Shown here: positions 1-9,134 of the stretch, piece after piece
Layout of the letters: every line of letters begins with the position of its first letter
How positions within the stretch are numbered: position 1 is the stretch's first letter
NCBI GenBank assembly: GCA_027451365.1
Contig: DAIDJN010000083.1
Span: 1-32,709, forward strand
DNA from: Phycisphaerales bacterium
GTDB taxonomy: Bacteria; Planctomycetota; Phycisphaerae; WQYP01
Length of the DNA stretch: 32,709 bases
Direction: 5' to 3'
Made by a program: the position numbers and the translations under genes
The notes under the pieces: generated by a model
What the model was told of the DNA's origin: nothing
What the model saw: only the letters and a program-made list of their open reading frames with translations
Database searches by the model: none

Positions 1-141
1 TGGGCTGGCTGAGCAAATGCCGGGGCATTCTGGTACGGTACGCGAAAAAGTCATCCAACTACCTTGGCATCATTCAATTGGCCTGCGGATTATTGTGGTA
101 TCGCCGCCAGCATCGATACACCGTTTTGAGATAGTTTCTAA
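1..141 (+). mobile_element. Right end of an IS5-family insertion sequence, truncated by the window edge
   Basis: Transposase C-terminus (next feature) whose stop lies inside a candidate terminal inverted repeat GTTTTGAGATAGTTTC (123-138). It is followed by TAA, consistent with the short TA/TAA-type targets of IS5-family elements. The left end is not visible. Confidence 0.75.
3..134 (+). CDS. IS5-family transposase, C-terminal fragment (5'-partial)
   Basis: Frame starting at nt 3 reads GWLSKCRGILVRYAKKSSNYLGIIQLACGLLWYRRQHRYTVLR*. This fits the IS5 C-terminal pattern WL..R.l.vRY.k...nY.g...LA. Not listed in the ORF track. Confidence 0.8.
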   Translation, partial: GWLSKCRGILVRYAKKSSNYLGIIQLACGLLWYRRQHRYTVLR

Positions 142-371
142 GATATGGCCGACAACCGGCGCAGAAAAAAACACCGGTTTTCGCCATCCCGGAGGGGACT
201 GAAAAAAATGCGACCCGATGACGATTTTAACGTCCGGCAGGTGAAGCTGGCTCGAAGCTGCGACCAACAGGCTGCTGGCATCGTTGCCTGGGCGAAAGAT
301 TTTCCCATGAATGATGCCCCGCTTCCGATTGCAGTTACAACGACGCGGCGGTTGGTAACAACGCGGGCCGA

Positions 372-1439
372 TTATCGGCGGGAAGCGATTTCCTGGTCGC
401 GCTGGCGGGCGGTGGCGCGGCGAAGTGCTCGCTTTTCAAACCACGTCAGGCTGTGCATTCCTTTGGCGTGAACTTTTTCAAGAATTTTATCCAGCCGCCG
501 CATTTCCAGTCGATCTCTGCGGGTTTTACGGCCGGTCCAGTGCAGCCAGCGACGGATCAGAATCTGTCGCTTTTCTTTGGGTACATCGCGCATGGATGCG
601 CCATTGGAAAGCAGTTGTTCCATAATGGCCGGTCCATCCTGCTGAAGCTGCCGACGCCGCTGGACGCAACTGTAGAACAAAAAAATGGACATTATCAGGA
701 ACATCGTGCTTTTGGCTAAAACGCCCAGGATGGCCATGGGAACCGCGACTGCCATACCCACAATGCAGGTCACATTAATGGCTTGATAGGCACCGGTCAT
801 GGGCCACAGAATCGCCTGTAAAAGGTAGGCACCGTCAAACCAGTAATAAGGCAGAAAATTAATGTAAATAAGCGCTAGATTAGTCCAATAGAACAGAAAC
901 AGAAACGAGCCGCCGGTTCCCAAAAACGGGTGGAACGGCGCTCCTCCGCCAAGCAATGCCAGCGGATTCAGCAATATGGGCAGCGACAAATGCCAGTTCG
1001 CAGTCAGCAAAGTTCCGGAAACCAGGGCCGCGCCGAAATTGGCGAAAATGCCGCCCGCCTGCGCGATAAACATGGGCCACGCACCCGGCGGGTGAACCGG
1101 TGGAATCATGTTGCCGGACGGCCAGATCAGGAAGTCGTCATGGCGGCCGCCGACAAATTGTGCGCCAATGCGATGGCCCGTTTCATGCCAGAGCAGCGCT
1201 GCCATGGTGGCAACCATGAGCAGGACAACCTGTCCGGGATAATCGGTTTGCAGCATTCGCATGGCCTGAAACGCCATAAACAAAAGCAGCCAGAAGTGCA
1301 GACGAATGCGAATACCGAATGGGGAACCCAGCGGCAGGGAATAATTAAGGAAGCTAAGCGCTCCACCACCCATGAAATCGCTGCCCGCACCACCATCTGT
1401 ACGGTTATAATCTCTGTCACGCCAACTCATCCGAGCCAC
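372..1439 (-). CDS. M50-family (site-2) intramembrane zinc metalloprotease with DUF6576-like C-terminal domain
   Basis: HETGH (HExxH) and NFLPYYWFDG (NxxPxxxxDG) motifs, several hydrophobic segments, C-terminal LDKILEKVHAKGMHSLTWFEKRAL. The start could also be ATG at 1430. Confidence 0.85.
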   Translation of the reverse strand: MARMSWRDRDYNRTDGGAGSDFMGGGALSFLNYSLPLGSPFGIRIRLHFWLLLFMAFQAMRMLQTDYPGQVVLLMVATMAALLWHETGHRIGAQFVGGRHDDFLIWPSGNMIPPVHPPGAWPMFIAQAGGIFANFGAALVSGTLLTANWHLSLPILLNPLALLGGGAPFHPFLGTGGSFLFLFYWTNLALIYINFLPYYWFDGAYLLQAILWPMTGAYQAINVTCIVGMAVAVPMAILGVLAKSTMFLIMSIFLFYSCVQRRRQLQQDGPAIMEQLLSNGASMRDVPKEKRQILIRRWLHWTGRKTRRDRLEMRRLDKILEKVHAKGMHSLTWFEKRALRRATARQRDQEIASRR

Positions 1440-1484
1440 CGCTAATTACCTCTGGCCGCGAAATTCCGCCCGGCCTGCGACTGG

Positions 1485-2024
1485 TCAACCAACTTGTGTT
1501 GACAAATATTTCAGTAGGACGGCAATTGATTTTCCGTCCACAATTTCATTGTCCTTAATCATACGCCTAATCTCGGTCGGCGGTAACACGACCGTCGTAA
1601 TTGTTTCGTTTTCCTCAAGCGCCTGAGGACCGGGGGTCAGGTCGGTTGCCAGAAACGCAAACATTTTTTCGGTCAGAATTCCGGGCGAAGTATAAAACCA
1701 GCCGAGCGACAGAATTCTTTTTGAATGATAGCCGGTTTCTTCGACAAGTTCCCGGCCGGCACACAATGCGGGGTCTTCACCTTTTTCCAAAGTGCCGGCG
1801 GGCAGTTCCCAGAGTTCTTCGCCAAGCGTATGGCGAAGGTTGCGGATCATCACAATGGAGCCGTCGCGAAGAACCGGCAGAATAATGACTGCGCCGGGGT
1901 GCCAGACGACTTCGCGGACGACCTGCTTTCCGCCAGTCGTCCGGACCGTTCGCAACAGAAGGTCCATTCGCTGACCATGGTAGACGACTTTGTCTGTGTC
2001 CGGGTTCTGCTGTGGAATGGTCAT
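1485..2024 (-). CDS. Nudix hydrolase (ADP-ribose pyrophosphatase-like)
   Basis: Nudix box GTLEKGEDPALCAGRELVEETGY, plus HPGAVII, ELPAG and SPG motifs typical of NudF-like enzymes. Confidence 0.92.
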   Translation of the reverse strand: MTIPQQNPDTDKVVYHGQRMDLLLRTVRTTGGKQVVREVVWHPGAVIILPVLRDGSIVMIRNLRHTLGEELWELPAGTLEKGEDPALCAGRELVEETGYHSKRILSLGWFYTSPGILTEKMFAFLATDLTPGPQALEENETITTVVLPPTEIRRMIKDNEIVDGKSIAVLLKYLSTQVG

Positions 2025-2095
2025 GAAGGCTAAACCTTTAATTATTTCTCATACACTCTAACATCGGCACGATGCACTCCCTATAATAATGCGAA

Positions 2096-3886
2096 ATGGA
2101 AGAAAAAGGAAAAAAAAGGAAGTCCCGTTCTGTTCTGCCGGTCGAAGAGGCCGGCAGAACGCTAAAAGCTGCGCCATCCGCCATGTCCCTGCCGGTGATT
2201 CAGCCGGCGGTAGAACCCGGCGCAGGGGCACCACCGGCCACCAGAGACGGAACTGTGAATGACTCTGACGCGATCGCCGCTGAACAGGCCAGTGACGACT
2301 TTGAGGAGGAAATTGTCCAGGAAATTCCCACCGGCGAGGTACTGCTTCCCTTGCCGAATGAACCGGCCGCCATTCGGTTGGCCCGCCTGCATGAGAAGGG
2401 CCGGGCATTGCCTTTGTCGCCGGGCGTATATTTGATGAAAGATGTCCGTGGGATCGTGATTTACGTGGGAAAATCGCGAACTCTTCGCAATCGGGTAAGC
2501 AGCTATTTTATTGCGTCCACCGATCTTGGACCAGTGAAACAGAAGTTGCTGGATTATGTGGCGGATTTTGACACGCTTATCTGCGATTCAGAAGTCGAGG
2601 CGCTGCTCATTGAAAATCGGCTCATCAAGGATATTAAACCGCGATTCAATGCGCGGCTTAGCGATGGAAAAAGTTACCCTTACTTGGAAATTACCGTCCG
2701 TGATGACTATCCAGGCGTGTATGTGACCAGGCAGCCGAAGGAAAGCGGTACACGGCTGTATGGCCCGTTCATCAATGGTTTTGCATTAAAGGAAGCGCTG
2801 ATTTACATGCAGCGTGCGTTCAAGTTCCGCACCTGTGAGTTGGAGATACGCGCGGATAACCCGAAGAACCGGTTTTTTCGTCCGTGTCTGCTATACAACA
2901 TCCGTCAGTGCACAGCGCCGTGCGCGGGGAAAATAAGCCCCGAGGATTACCGGGCCGATATTGACAGGCTGAAAAAATTTCTGGAATCCAGTCGGGGCGA
3001 TGCCCTGCGCGAGATGACCCGTCAGATGGAGGCGGCGTCGGCCGCACTGGATTTTGAACAGGCTGCGGCTTTGCGCGACCAGATAAAGGCGTTGCGGGCG
3101 TTATCCCATCGCGGAAAAGGAGCGAAGGAAATGCAGCCTGAGTTGTTTTTTCAGGATCATCGGGCCGGGACGCGGCACCTGCAGGAGATTCTTGAACTCA
3201 CCCATCCGGTGCGGTGGATCGAAGCCATTGATATTGCTCATTTTCAGGGAGAGGCCACTGTTGGCTCCCTGGTCTGTTTTATGGATGGCCGTCCGTTTAA
3301 GGAGGGTTACAAGCGGTTTCGTATAAAAGGAGTAACCGGAATTGATGATTTCAAGTGCATCGCGGAAGTCGTTTCCCGCCGGTACCGGAATGCCGGCCTT
3401 GGCCAGGAACGGTATCCGGATGTAATTCTGATTGATGGCGGGATCGGCCAGCTTCACGCCGCGCAGAGCGCTTTTTCCGAAATGGAGGTCAAGCCGACGA
3501 TGGTCATCAGCCTCGCCAAACGGGAAGAAGAAGTGTATGTACAAAACCGGCCCGCGCCATTTAAGCTTTCGCGCACAAACGCGGCGCTTAAATTATTGCA
3601 ATTTGCCCGCGACGAAGCGCATCGGTTTGCCCAGGGGTATCACCATCTCCTGATTGCCCGGCGGCAATTTCAGGACACTATTGGCCATAAAAAGCCAGTG
3701 GGAAAAAAGAAGGGCCGGGCCGCGGACAAGCTGGGACCTGCGTTGGGAACATCCGAAAAATCCGAAAGCAACGCCTCCGCCGCATCGCCAGAGGGAAGTG
3801 CGCAATCCACTGCCAGCGAAACAGCGGAGATGAAAATTTTAACCATGGAAGAAATACGGCGAATGTCCAAAAAAAAAGAATCTTGA
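2096..3886 (+). CDS. uvrC: Excinuclease ABC subunit C
   Basis: GIY-YIG domain (PGVYLMKD..IYVGKS..LRNRVSSYF), Cys cluster (CLLYNIRQCTAPC), UVR motif (LDFEQAAALRDQI), RNase H-like domain (IEAIDIAHFQG, PDVILIDGGIGQL, RDEAHRFA). Exact start is uncertain. Confidence 0.95.
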   Translation: MEEKGKKRKSRSVLPVEEAGRTLKAAPSAMSLPVIQPAVEPGAGAPPATRDGTVNDSDAIAAEQASDDFEEEIVQEIPTGEVLLPLPNEPAAIRLARLHEKGRALPLSPGVYLMKDVRGIVIYVGKSRTLRNRVSSYFIASTDLGPVKQKLLDYVADFDTLICDSEVEALLIENRLIKDIKPRFNARLSDGKSYPYLEITVRDDYPGVYVTRQPKESGTRLYGPFINGFALKEALIYMQRAFKFRTCELEIRADNPKNRFFRPCLLYNIRQCTAPCAGKISPEDYRADIDRLKKFLESSRGDALREMTRQMEAASAALDFEQAAALRDQIKALRALSHRGKGAKEMQPELFFQDHRAGTRHLQEILELTHPVRWIEAIDIAHFQGEATVGSLVCFMDGRPFKEGYKRFRIKGVTGIDDFKCIAEVVSRRYRNAGLGQERYPDVILIDGGIGQLHAAQSAFSEMEVKPTMVISLAKREEEVYVQNRPAPFKLSRTNAALKLLQFARDEAHRFAQGYHHLLIARRQFQDTIGHKKPVGKKKGRAADKLGPALGTSEKSESNASAASPEGSAQSTASETAEMKILTMEEIRRMSKKKES

Positions 3887-3965
3887 CTCTATCTTCGGCT
3901 GCGTTACCTGACGTCAGACCGCCAGGATTCTACAAGCTTGTATGGACACCGCATTAATTGCAGCT

Positions 3966-5174
3966 TCAGATTTTATCACGGGCCATCATCAGTCGGGCGG
4001 CTTCAAGTGCCACCCGGCGGCTGGCGGGCATCTGGCGGGAAAATTCACGCATGGAACCGGTCAGGTCGCGGAGTTCCTGGGCCATGGCGGCACGCCTGTT
4101 CGCATTTTCCAGAAGTTCGAGAACTTTCTGGGCCAGCGGGCGGCTGGAACCGTAAAACGGCATGAATTCCGGTACCAGTTCCCGATCTGCCAGAATGTTC
4201 ACGAGTGATAAATAGCGGCTCTGTACCAGGAACTGCCCCACCAGTTTCCACTTCCACGCCGCCAGTGCGTACATCACCACCATCGGCTTATGCCGACTGG
4301 CGACTTGCAGCGTCGCAGTTCCACTGACCGTCAATACCACGTCCGCCCAGTCGATAATGGCATCCGTCATGCCGGTACGCACTTCGGCCACTTCTCCTTT
4401 GGCACGAAGAAGCGTGCGAATCTGCCAGGCCCGACTGTCATCCGCGGCGGCAATGGCAAAGGAGGCCTGACTTATTCGGCCACGCACCTGACGCACCACG
4501 TCCAGCATGGGCGGCAGATTCCCCTGCACCTCAGCCCGGCGGGAACCGGGCAGCAGTGCCAACTTTATGGGGGCTGAAGGCAACGGTGCGTCCTCTCGCC
4601 CGGCCATTGAACGCGACATCTGTGGACGGATGGAAGGATACGCAAGTGGATTCTCGACGGCTAATGGGGCGGCGGAATCAAACAGTGGATGGCCCACATA
4701 AACCGCGTGGACATGCCGCTGGCGAAAATAATTTTCCTCAAACGGCAAGACACAGCAAAGCGTATCCACCACGCCGATTAACTTGGAAATCCGCCACGGT
4801 GCCCAGGCCCACAATTGGGGGGCTACATAATAACAGACGGGAATGCCCAGCCGATGGGCCAGTCGCGATACGCGAATATTTACGGGCGGTGAGTCTATAG
4901 GGATGACCACTGCCGGCTCATGTTGCCGCATGTCCGCTTCAATTTGTTTAAGAAGTTTCACCCAGAAGCCGATTTGCGAAAGCGCTCCCAGCAGCATGGC
5001 TGAGTTCTTGGTCGGGTCAGCTAAAAGCTGGCAACCGGCGGCTGCCATTTTCGGGCCACCGACGCCGCGAAAGCGGGCTTGGGGAAATTCCGCCCGCAGC
5101 GCGGTAATAAGCGATGCGCCTAAAACGTCTGCACTGTGTTCCGCAGCGGAAAGAAAAAACAGGGGACTCTTAAT
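3966..5174 (-). CDS. lpxB: Lipid-A-disaccharide synthase
   Basis: YYVAPQLWAW, LPFE, VGHPL, ALLPGSRRAEV, SGTATL, LVNILA..VPEF motifs. The frame stays open upstream of the track's ATG (5048) and reads IKSPLFFLSAAEHSADVLGASLITALRAEFPQARFRGVGGPK. Start placed at ATT 5174 (alternatively CTG 5177) by inference. Confidence 0.92.
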   Translation of the reverse strand: MKSPLFFLSAAEHSADVLGASLITALRAEFPQARFRGVGGPKMAAAGCQLLADPTKNSAMLLGALSQIGFWVKLLKQIEADMRQHEPAVVIPIDSPPVNIRVSRLAHRLGIPVCYYVAPQLWAWAPWRISKLIGVVDTLCCVLPFEENYFRQRHVHAVYVGHPLFDSAAPLAVENPLAYPSIRPQMSRSMAGREDAPLPSAPIKLALLPGSRRAEVQGNLPPMLDVVRQVRGRISQASFAIAAADDSRAWQIRTLLRAKGEVAEVRTGMTDAIIDWADVVLTVSGTATLQVASRHKPMVVMYALAAWKWKLVGQFLVQSRYLSLVNILADRELVPEFMPFYGSSRPLAQKVLELLENANRRAAMAQELRDLTGSMREFSRQMPASRRVALEAARLMMARDKI

Positions 5175-5574
5175 CAGTGACTCCTCGGAAGGATACGCTT
5201 ACTAGGCACGCGGGCTATTGCAATGCTCCAGGACGCTTCCGCGCCTGGGGGCGGCATCGAACGTGCGTGGTCGTTCGGTTGGCCCATTAGGGCGCTGGCG
5301 GATGATTCCAGCACCTAGTAAACACTGATTTGGCGTAGCGGGCAAGCCGTTCACGAAAAGCAGACGCTTTGAATATGTGGGCCGTGTTGGGCCGAAACCC
5401 GCCCGCTCAGGCGAAATGGGCTCAATATTTTCCGACCAGCAGTTTGGATAAAAGTTTTTCGTGATTGCAGATTGACCGTTCCGTAGTCCAATAATAGCCA
5501 ATATTAAATAAGAATTTCCATGGATCATGACGTGAGCACATTCCTATAAAATAATGTTCTATCAACGGTTAAGG

Positions 5575-5629
5575 TGGATTATTGCGCAATAAAAATAATC
5601 GTTAATGTGAAATTGAGATCAATAATCCA
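5575..5629. promoter_or_regulatory. Candidate operator: palindrome nested in an inverted repeat in the AT-rich divergent lpxB/PilZ region
   Basis: Perfect palindrome TTATTGCGCAATAA at 5579-5592. TGGATTATTG (5575-5584) is the exact reverse complement of CAATAATCCA (5620-5629). Confidence 0.4.
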
Positions 5630-5708
5630 TTTCGGAAAATTTCGTAAACTTCCACAGGCCATTGGTTCGATAATTAAGGCTGGAAGTGTAACCGTAGCGG
5701 AGCGTTCA

Positions 5709-6152
5709 GTGAGTGCGATTCAATTATCAAAGGCGGAACGAAGGCAGATTGTCTCCGTTCTTTCAGAATTAAAGACTGAAGGACTTATTTATGGGCGGCG
5801 CCATCGGCGCCAGCCCGTGCGGCAGTTCATGTGGCTCAAGCGACTGCCTCGCCCGGCTAATCCGCGCGGGGCGAGTTTCAAAATTGTCAGCGAAGATGCG
5901 TCCCTTCAGGGGCTTGGGTTTGTGACCCGGCGACGGCTTTACATTAACGAATTCGTCGTGGTTCCCCTGCAATTCAAAGAGGGCGGCGGAATGCTGGTGC
6001 TTTGCCGGGTTTGCTTCTGCGCTCAGCTTCCGGACGGCGGCTATCGCGTGGGTGTGGAATTCAAGGAAACTCTGTCCGATTCGAAGTGTAAGGAACGTAT
6101 ACCCAACACTTGGCTCAAAATGGGCTGGGCTGCCGATGTTGAGCCGGCTTGA
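5709..6152 (+). CDS. Single-domain PilZ protein (putative c-di-GMP receptor)
   Basis: RRHRR (RxxxR) and DASLQGLGF (DxSxxG) motifs, C-terminal YRVGVEF. GTG at 5709 follows GGAG at 5699-5702 and is preferred over the track start at 5574. Confidence 0.8.
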   Translation: MSAIQLSKAERRQIVSVLSELKTEGLIYGRRHRRQPVRQFMWLKRLPRPANPRGASFKIVSEDASLQGLGFVTRRRLYINEFVVVPLQFKEGGGMLVLCRVCFCAQLPDGGYRVGVEFKETLSDSKCKERIPNTWLKMGWAADVEPA

Positions 6153-6307
6153 TCGGCTAAATTTAACGATTCACGCCAATTGCATGCCCGCAATGTGCAA
6201 TGACCGTTTTTAACACCCTCAATTTCTCATTATTCCGTATGCATCTGATCTTGTTGTGCGCGCTTCGGTTACAGCCAGAAGTTCTGAATTGATGCGGTGT
6301 GGACGAA

Positions 6308-6805
6308 TTACGCCATTTTGCGCAGCGCGCCGGGCGTCAGCAGAAATTTCAATTTTCCCCGCCCTGCGAAGGTCTCCAGTTCCAGCAGTGCGATTCCGCC
6401 TTTTTTCAGTTCGCATCGGCCCGGTTCGTTGAAGCAGATTTGCCCGATCCAGTCGCTTAACACAGGTTCGTGACCCACCACGGCCACTCCCACCACCGCC
6501 TTTTTTAATTCCGTCAGTTGTTGCATGCAGGCATCCAGTCGCCCGGGAGGAGCCAGGCAGTCCGCCTTTTCCAGATGAATGGGGCGTTGGGAGACTTCCT
6601 CCAGTGCTTCAGCTAGAATTTCCGCCGTCTGCCGCGCCCGCAGAAGAGGCGAAAACAGAATCAGGTCGATTTCCGGTTTGAGTCGTATAAGTCCTTTGAC
6701 GGCAAGCCGGAATTTTCGCTGGCCTTCGGCTGAAAGCGGACGCATTGCATCAGGCAAATGGGCTGGGGCTGCGGCGATTCCGTGCCGAATAATGTATAAT
6801 TTCAT
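6308..6805 (-). CDS. sixA: Phosphohistidine phosphatase SixA
   Basis: MKLYIIRHGIA, D..RPLS.EG, SPLLRARQTAEI, VGHEP, LKKGG motifs. GGAGG precedes the ATG at 6805. Confidence 0.9.
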   Translation of the reverse strand: MKLYIIRHGIAAAPAHLPDAMRPLSAEGQRKFRLAVKGLIRLKPEIDLILFSPLLRARQTAEILAEALEEVSQRPIHLEKADCLAPPGRLDACMQQLTELKKAVVGVAVVGHEPVLSDWIGQICFNEPGRCELKKGGIALLELETFAGRGKLKFLLTPGALRKMA

Positions 6806-6827
6806 GGGACCTCCCGCACGGAAAAAT

Positions 6828-7607
6828 TCAGATATTCTGATGGATAAAAATGGTCTCGCCATTGCTGCACCAGAAGGCCCCGTCAACGGCGGATTTCACC
6901 GCGTTGGCGACACTTTGCGGCGAAAGAATAACTGTTGATGGCACTTCCTTCGCCACGGGCAGACTGCGAAACATGGGTGTTTCCACCGCCGCCGGTGCAA
7001 TGGAAATTGCCCGCAGGCCGATCGGTTTGCCTTCAATAGCTGCCATTCGCGTGAGCAGATTGATCGCCGCCTTGGCGGCGCCATAGGCACCGAGTCCCGG
7101 GTATGGATTTCGCGATGCCTCCGATGAAATATTGATCACCACACCTCCGGAATGCGGACGACCGGTATTGGGATTCGCTGCAATTTGTGCAAACTGGCGA
7201 GCGAACGTCGGCCATGCGGCGCGCAGCATGTAAAACGGCCCGGACAGATTCACACCCAGAATATCGGTCCATTGCTGGTCGCTGGTCTGGTGGAGGGGTA
7301 CCATGGGCGCGTGGCCGGCATTGTTGATCAGCGCGTCAAATCCGCCGCGCCAGGCCAGCGTTTTTTCAATCAGCAGGGATGCACCGTTTGGGTTGGAAAT
7401 ATCCGCCGCGACGCACAAAATCCGGTCTGAATCGGTCGCCAACTTTGCGGCCGCCCCCTTAAGGGTGGCCGACGAGCGGCCATTAAGAACCACGGACCAG
7501 CCATCGGTAAGCAGGATTTGGGCGATAGCCGATCCAATTGCGCCGCCACCACCGGTGATAATTGCCGTGCGCGATCGTGTCTGGGACGGATGGCTGGCTT
7601 CACTCAT
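6828..7607 (-). CDS. Short-chain dehydrogenase/reductase
   Basis: TGGGGAIG, NNAG, NISS and YGAAK (YxxxK) motifs. Start probably ATG 7607 (track gives 7655). Confidence 0.92.
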   Translation of the reverse strand: MSEASHPSQTRSRTAIITGGGGAIGSAIAQILLTDGWSVVLNGRSSATLKGAAAKLATDSDRILCVAADISNPNGASLLIEKTLAWRGGFDALINNAGHAPMVPLHQTSDQQWTDILGVNLSGPFYMLRAAWPTFARQFAQIAANPNTGRPHSGGVVINISSEASRNPYPGLGAYGAAKAAINLLTRMAAIEGKPIGLRAISIAPAAVETPMFRSLPVAKEVPSTVILSPQSVANAVKSAVDGAFWCSNGETIFIHQNI

Positions 7608-7879
7608 TCTGATACCTTTGCGCAAAAAATGGAAAACAGATGCGAATGATACCATTGGCGGTCCCCGCTGGCCAAAGAATCAGATCATGCGACCCCGATC
7701 ACAAAATGGTGGAAGTTTGCAAAAATATGGGCTGTTGGGTACGATACAGGGCTTGGCATCCGGCTTGTGCGCCGGCATCCTGTTTAAACGCGGCGGCAAT
7801 ACGTCGCGTGGATTCCCGTTTGGGCGGGGAAACGGATGATTTGTGCCGTTATTTTCTTTTTGCAACACCGAGGGTTCGC

Positions 7880-8155
7880 GTGGCAGTAAAGATTCGATTG
7901 AAACGTTTTGGTCGCAAGAACCGCGCCTTTTGGCGTATTAATGCGGTGGACAGCCGTTCCCCGCGTGATGGCAAGGTGATTGAGGAATTGGGTTTTTATG
8001 ACCCGATTACCACCGATCTGACCCGGCGCGTTGTGGTGAACAAGGCCCGCGTTCAGCATTGGATTGGCAAGGGCGCACAGCCCAGCCCCACAGTGGCGAG
8101 TCTGCTTAAGACGGCCATTGATTCGGCCGCGCCAAAGCCGCCCGTGGGTGCCTGA
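7880..8155 (+). CDS. rpsP: 30S ribosomal protein S16
   Basis: (M)AVKIRLKRFGRKNRAFWRINAVDSRSPRDGKVIEELGFYDP..WIGKGAQPS. GTG start at 7880 after GAGG. Confidence 0.97.
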   Translation: MAVKIRLKRFGRKNRAFWRINAVDSRSPRDGKVIEELGFYDPITTDLTRRVVVNKARVQHWIGKGAQPSPTVASLLKTAIDSAAPKPPVGA

Positions 8156-8295
8156 GCCGCGCACAGCGCGGGTAAGTGCATTTCCCTTTGAGCCTGTTGG
8201 TCCGCATTTATTCCGGTCGGTCCAAGGCCTCCGGTAAACGCAGGACCCGGCTTTGCAGGTCCGGCAGACGCAATTTGTCGGCACAGGCGGCGACC

Positions 8296-9033
8296 ATGCG
8301 GATTGATATTTTAACGCTTTTTCCTGAAATGTTCGGCCCGGTGCTTGGGGCGAGCATTCTTAAACGGGCGGCGGAAAAAAACAAGGTGACTTATCACCTT
8401 CATCAGATACGGGATTACAGCACTGATCCTCATCGCAAAGTGGATGAGCGCCCCTTTGGCGGGGGACCGGGGATGGTGATGATGTGCCAACCGGTGGTGG
8501 ATGCCGCAACTGCGGTTGAGGCAATGGATACCCGTCCGGTGACTCGAATTATGCTCTGCCCGCGGGGCAGACGCTTGACCCAGAATCTGGCTGGCGAGCT
8601 GGCGCAAAAGCCACGGCTGGAATTAATTTCGGGTCACTATGAGGGCTTTGACGAACGGATCAGCCAATTGCTTTCACCTATGGAGGTGAGCATCGGCGAT
8701 TATGTTCTTTCCGGCGGCGAATTGCCGGCCATGGTTCTGCTGGATTCAATTGTTCGCTTGATTCCAGGCGTACTTGGAGACAGCCAAAGCCACTGCGGTG
8801 AATCGTTTGCGGCGGATGATCCGCTGATTTCGGGCGGACTGGAATATCCGCATTACACTCGGCCGCGACAGTTCGGCGGCCTGGAGGTACCGGACGTACT
8901 GCTGTCCGGTGACCATGCGGCCATCGCCGCCTGGCGGGCGGAAGAGTCGCGGAAGATCACGCGGCAGCGGCGACCAGACCTGGCAGCGCCCCTGATTGAC
9001 CAGCCGATGACGGACCCGGCTGCGAATCCGTGA
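8296..9033 (+). CDS. trmD: tRNA (guanine37-N1)-methyltransferase
   Basis: MRIDILTLFPEMF, VDERPFGGGPGMVM, GHYEGFDER, SIGDYVLSGGE, LEYPHYTRP, VPDVLLSGDH motifs. Confidence 0.97.
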   Translation: MRIDILTLFPEMFGPVLGASILKRAAEKNKVTYHLHQIRDYSTDPHRKVDERPFGGGPGMVMMCQPVVDAATAVEAMDTRPVTRIMLCPRGRRLTQNLAGELAQKPRLELISGHYEGFDERISQLLSPMEVSIGDYVLSGGELPAMVLLDSIVRLIPGVLGDSQSHCGESFAADDPLISGGLEYPHYTRPRQFGGLEVPDVLLSGDHAAIAAWRAEESRKITRQRRPDLAAPLIDQPMTDPAANP

Positions 9034-9134
9034 GTGATCGCTGGCGAGAATGTACCGGGGGCAGGGAAACAGAAATGCGGCCGATGGATGCCGCGAAACA
9101 GATACGGTTTTTTACCTTTGTGTCGGAGTGAATC

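Noticed and set aside
5340..5420. c-di-GMP-I riboswitch upstream of the PilZ gene (GGCAAG...GAAA...GACGC)
   Set aside because: The bases flanking GAAA do not form the P2 stem and the GCAAA motif after GAC is absent. An Infernal scan with RF01051 would settle it.
5202..5528. 108-aa ORF upstream of lpxB
   Set aside because: No recognisable motif, atypical composition, and it lies in the probable promoter region. It is separated from lpxB by stop codons.
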